Part shown: one piece after another, positions 62,960 to 64,000 of the stretch
How positions within the stretch are numbered: position 1 is the first letter of the stretch
How the letters are laid out: each line of letters begins with the position of its first letter
Assembly: GCA_051530055.1 (NCBI GenBank)
Contig: CM121341.1
Location: forward strand, 19,012,784 to 19,076,783
From: Neoechinorhynchus agilis
Lineage: Eukaryota; Animalia; Acanthocephala
Direction of reading: 5' to 3'
DNA: 64,000 nucleotides
Translations under genes and position numbers: made by a program
Notes under the pieces: generated by a model
Seen by the model: the letters and a program-made list of their open reading frames with translations, nothing else
Database searches by the model: none
What the model was told of the DNA's origin: nothing

Positions 62960-63121
62960 CCTAGAAGACAGGCAGGAGCCAGAGCAGCAGAAGGGAGGAA
63001 ATTACGAAAATATAGGGATGTAACAAGGGCCCAATATTTTGTCGCCTTCGGAGTAGAGACGTATGGAGCGCTTGGCGCTCGGCACTCACTCTGTTCCAGT
63101 ATCTCTCGAAGAAATTGACAG
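62960..63121 (+). mobile_element. CRE-type restriction-like endonuclease C-terminal remnant
   Basis: [35 protein letters not shown]. Confidence 0.7.
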
Positions 63122-63732
63122 CAAGGAAACAAAAGTTCGAGAAACTTATATCTGGAATGTACCTTGGTGAAATTGTCCGGCTGGTTTTAGTCGATCTTTA
63201 TGAAAAAGATCTTTTCGGCTACAAATATTCCAATAAGAGAACCACGTAAACCATTGGGGTCTTTTCTCGGACAACACATCTTTTTAGTTGAAAGACACCA
63301 ATGGTAAATGAATTCAATAAGTCTGTCCTTTATACTCCAATGGGTTTTCTTACAAAGTATATCTCTGAGGTCGAAAAGGACCGAGGCCTCTCATTTAAGA
63401 GGACGAAGCCAATAATGGATTTATTAGGTCTTGAAGATGCTACAATAGACGATTATGCGATCCTTCATGCTGTCTGCAAATCCGTAACCCAAAGAGCAGC
63501 GAAACTATTGGCAGCGGCAATGGCTGCTACACTTGAGAAAATGAAAAGAAACGATCAGACTATTGGAATAGACGGCAGCCTTTATCGGTACCACCCAAAA
63601 TTCATGCAGACGGTAGAGTTTTACTGTAATCTTCTTTTGGACAAATCAATACAATATAAAATTGCTCTTGCTTCGGACGGATCGGGAATCGGCGCTGCGT
63701 TGGCTGCAGCATCGGCTAATAAAGAACATTGA
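63122..63732 (+). pseudogene. HK: Third, 5'-truncated hexokinase copy; the duplicated segment runs to the window end
   Basis: 63122-64000 matches 38762-39640; carries the FLTKY allele of copy 2. Confidence 0.85.
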
Positions 63733-64000
63733 TGCACAAGTTTTACAAAATTAATGTTAATAAATTTTAAACAGGGTTTTGGTTTCCAAGAATTAATCGG
63801 GTACTTTTAGTATCAAACACCGATTACTCAAACAAATCGCGAATGAATACAGTACATTCAAAGAGTTCTCTAGATTGTTTTACAAAGTATAGCAAACAAA
63901 AAATCGTAAACGTGACATCAGTCGTGAGTAAAGAAATAAATTTTTCTTTCAAAATTAGGCTCGATTACTTGGAAGATAACATTGGAAAGCAAAACTTTTT

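Overview
This is eukaryotic (animal-like) nuclear DNA from a compact genome, with introns of about 46-51 nt and many intronless genes; most short ORFs in the supplied track are spurious. 1.7-12.7 kb: a cluster of four intronless HSD17B12/KAR-type SDR paralogues (one pseudogene), interleaved with L2-like and Penelope fragments. 13-15 kb: an MRRF-like ORF, a Penelope remnant and a Helitron helicase remnant. 15.6-32.2 kb: a tandem array of 20 full copies plus one partial copy of a ~824-bp unit. It has trimeric higher-order structure and appears to derive from decayed coding sequence. 34.4-35.5 kb: AHSA1. 36.6-50.4 kb: a ~4.06-kb near-identical inverted duplication carrying hexokinase and a CAP/SCP gene, around a 5.7-kb spacer that holds NDUFA9 and a CRE-type retroelement. 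50.5-51.5 kb: an orphan coiled-coil gene. 52.3-63.1 kb: a mosaic of non-LTR retroelement fragments, followed by a third, 5'-truncated hexokinase copy. The main hidden signals are self-cleaving ribozyme motifs (several Penelope hammerheads, including U3-A8 core variants, and a twister at an RTE 5' end), the internal structure of the 824-bp array, and an identical unexplained break in all three hexokinase copies. All alignments and folds were done by eye; the species cannot be identified from this window.
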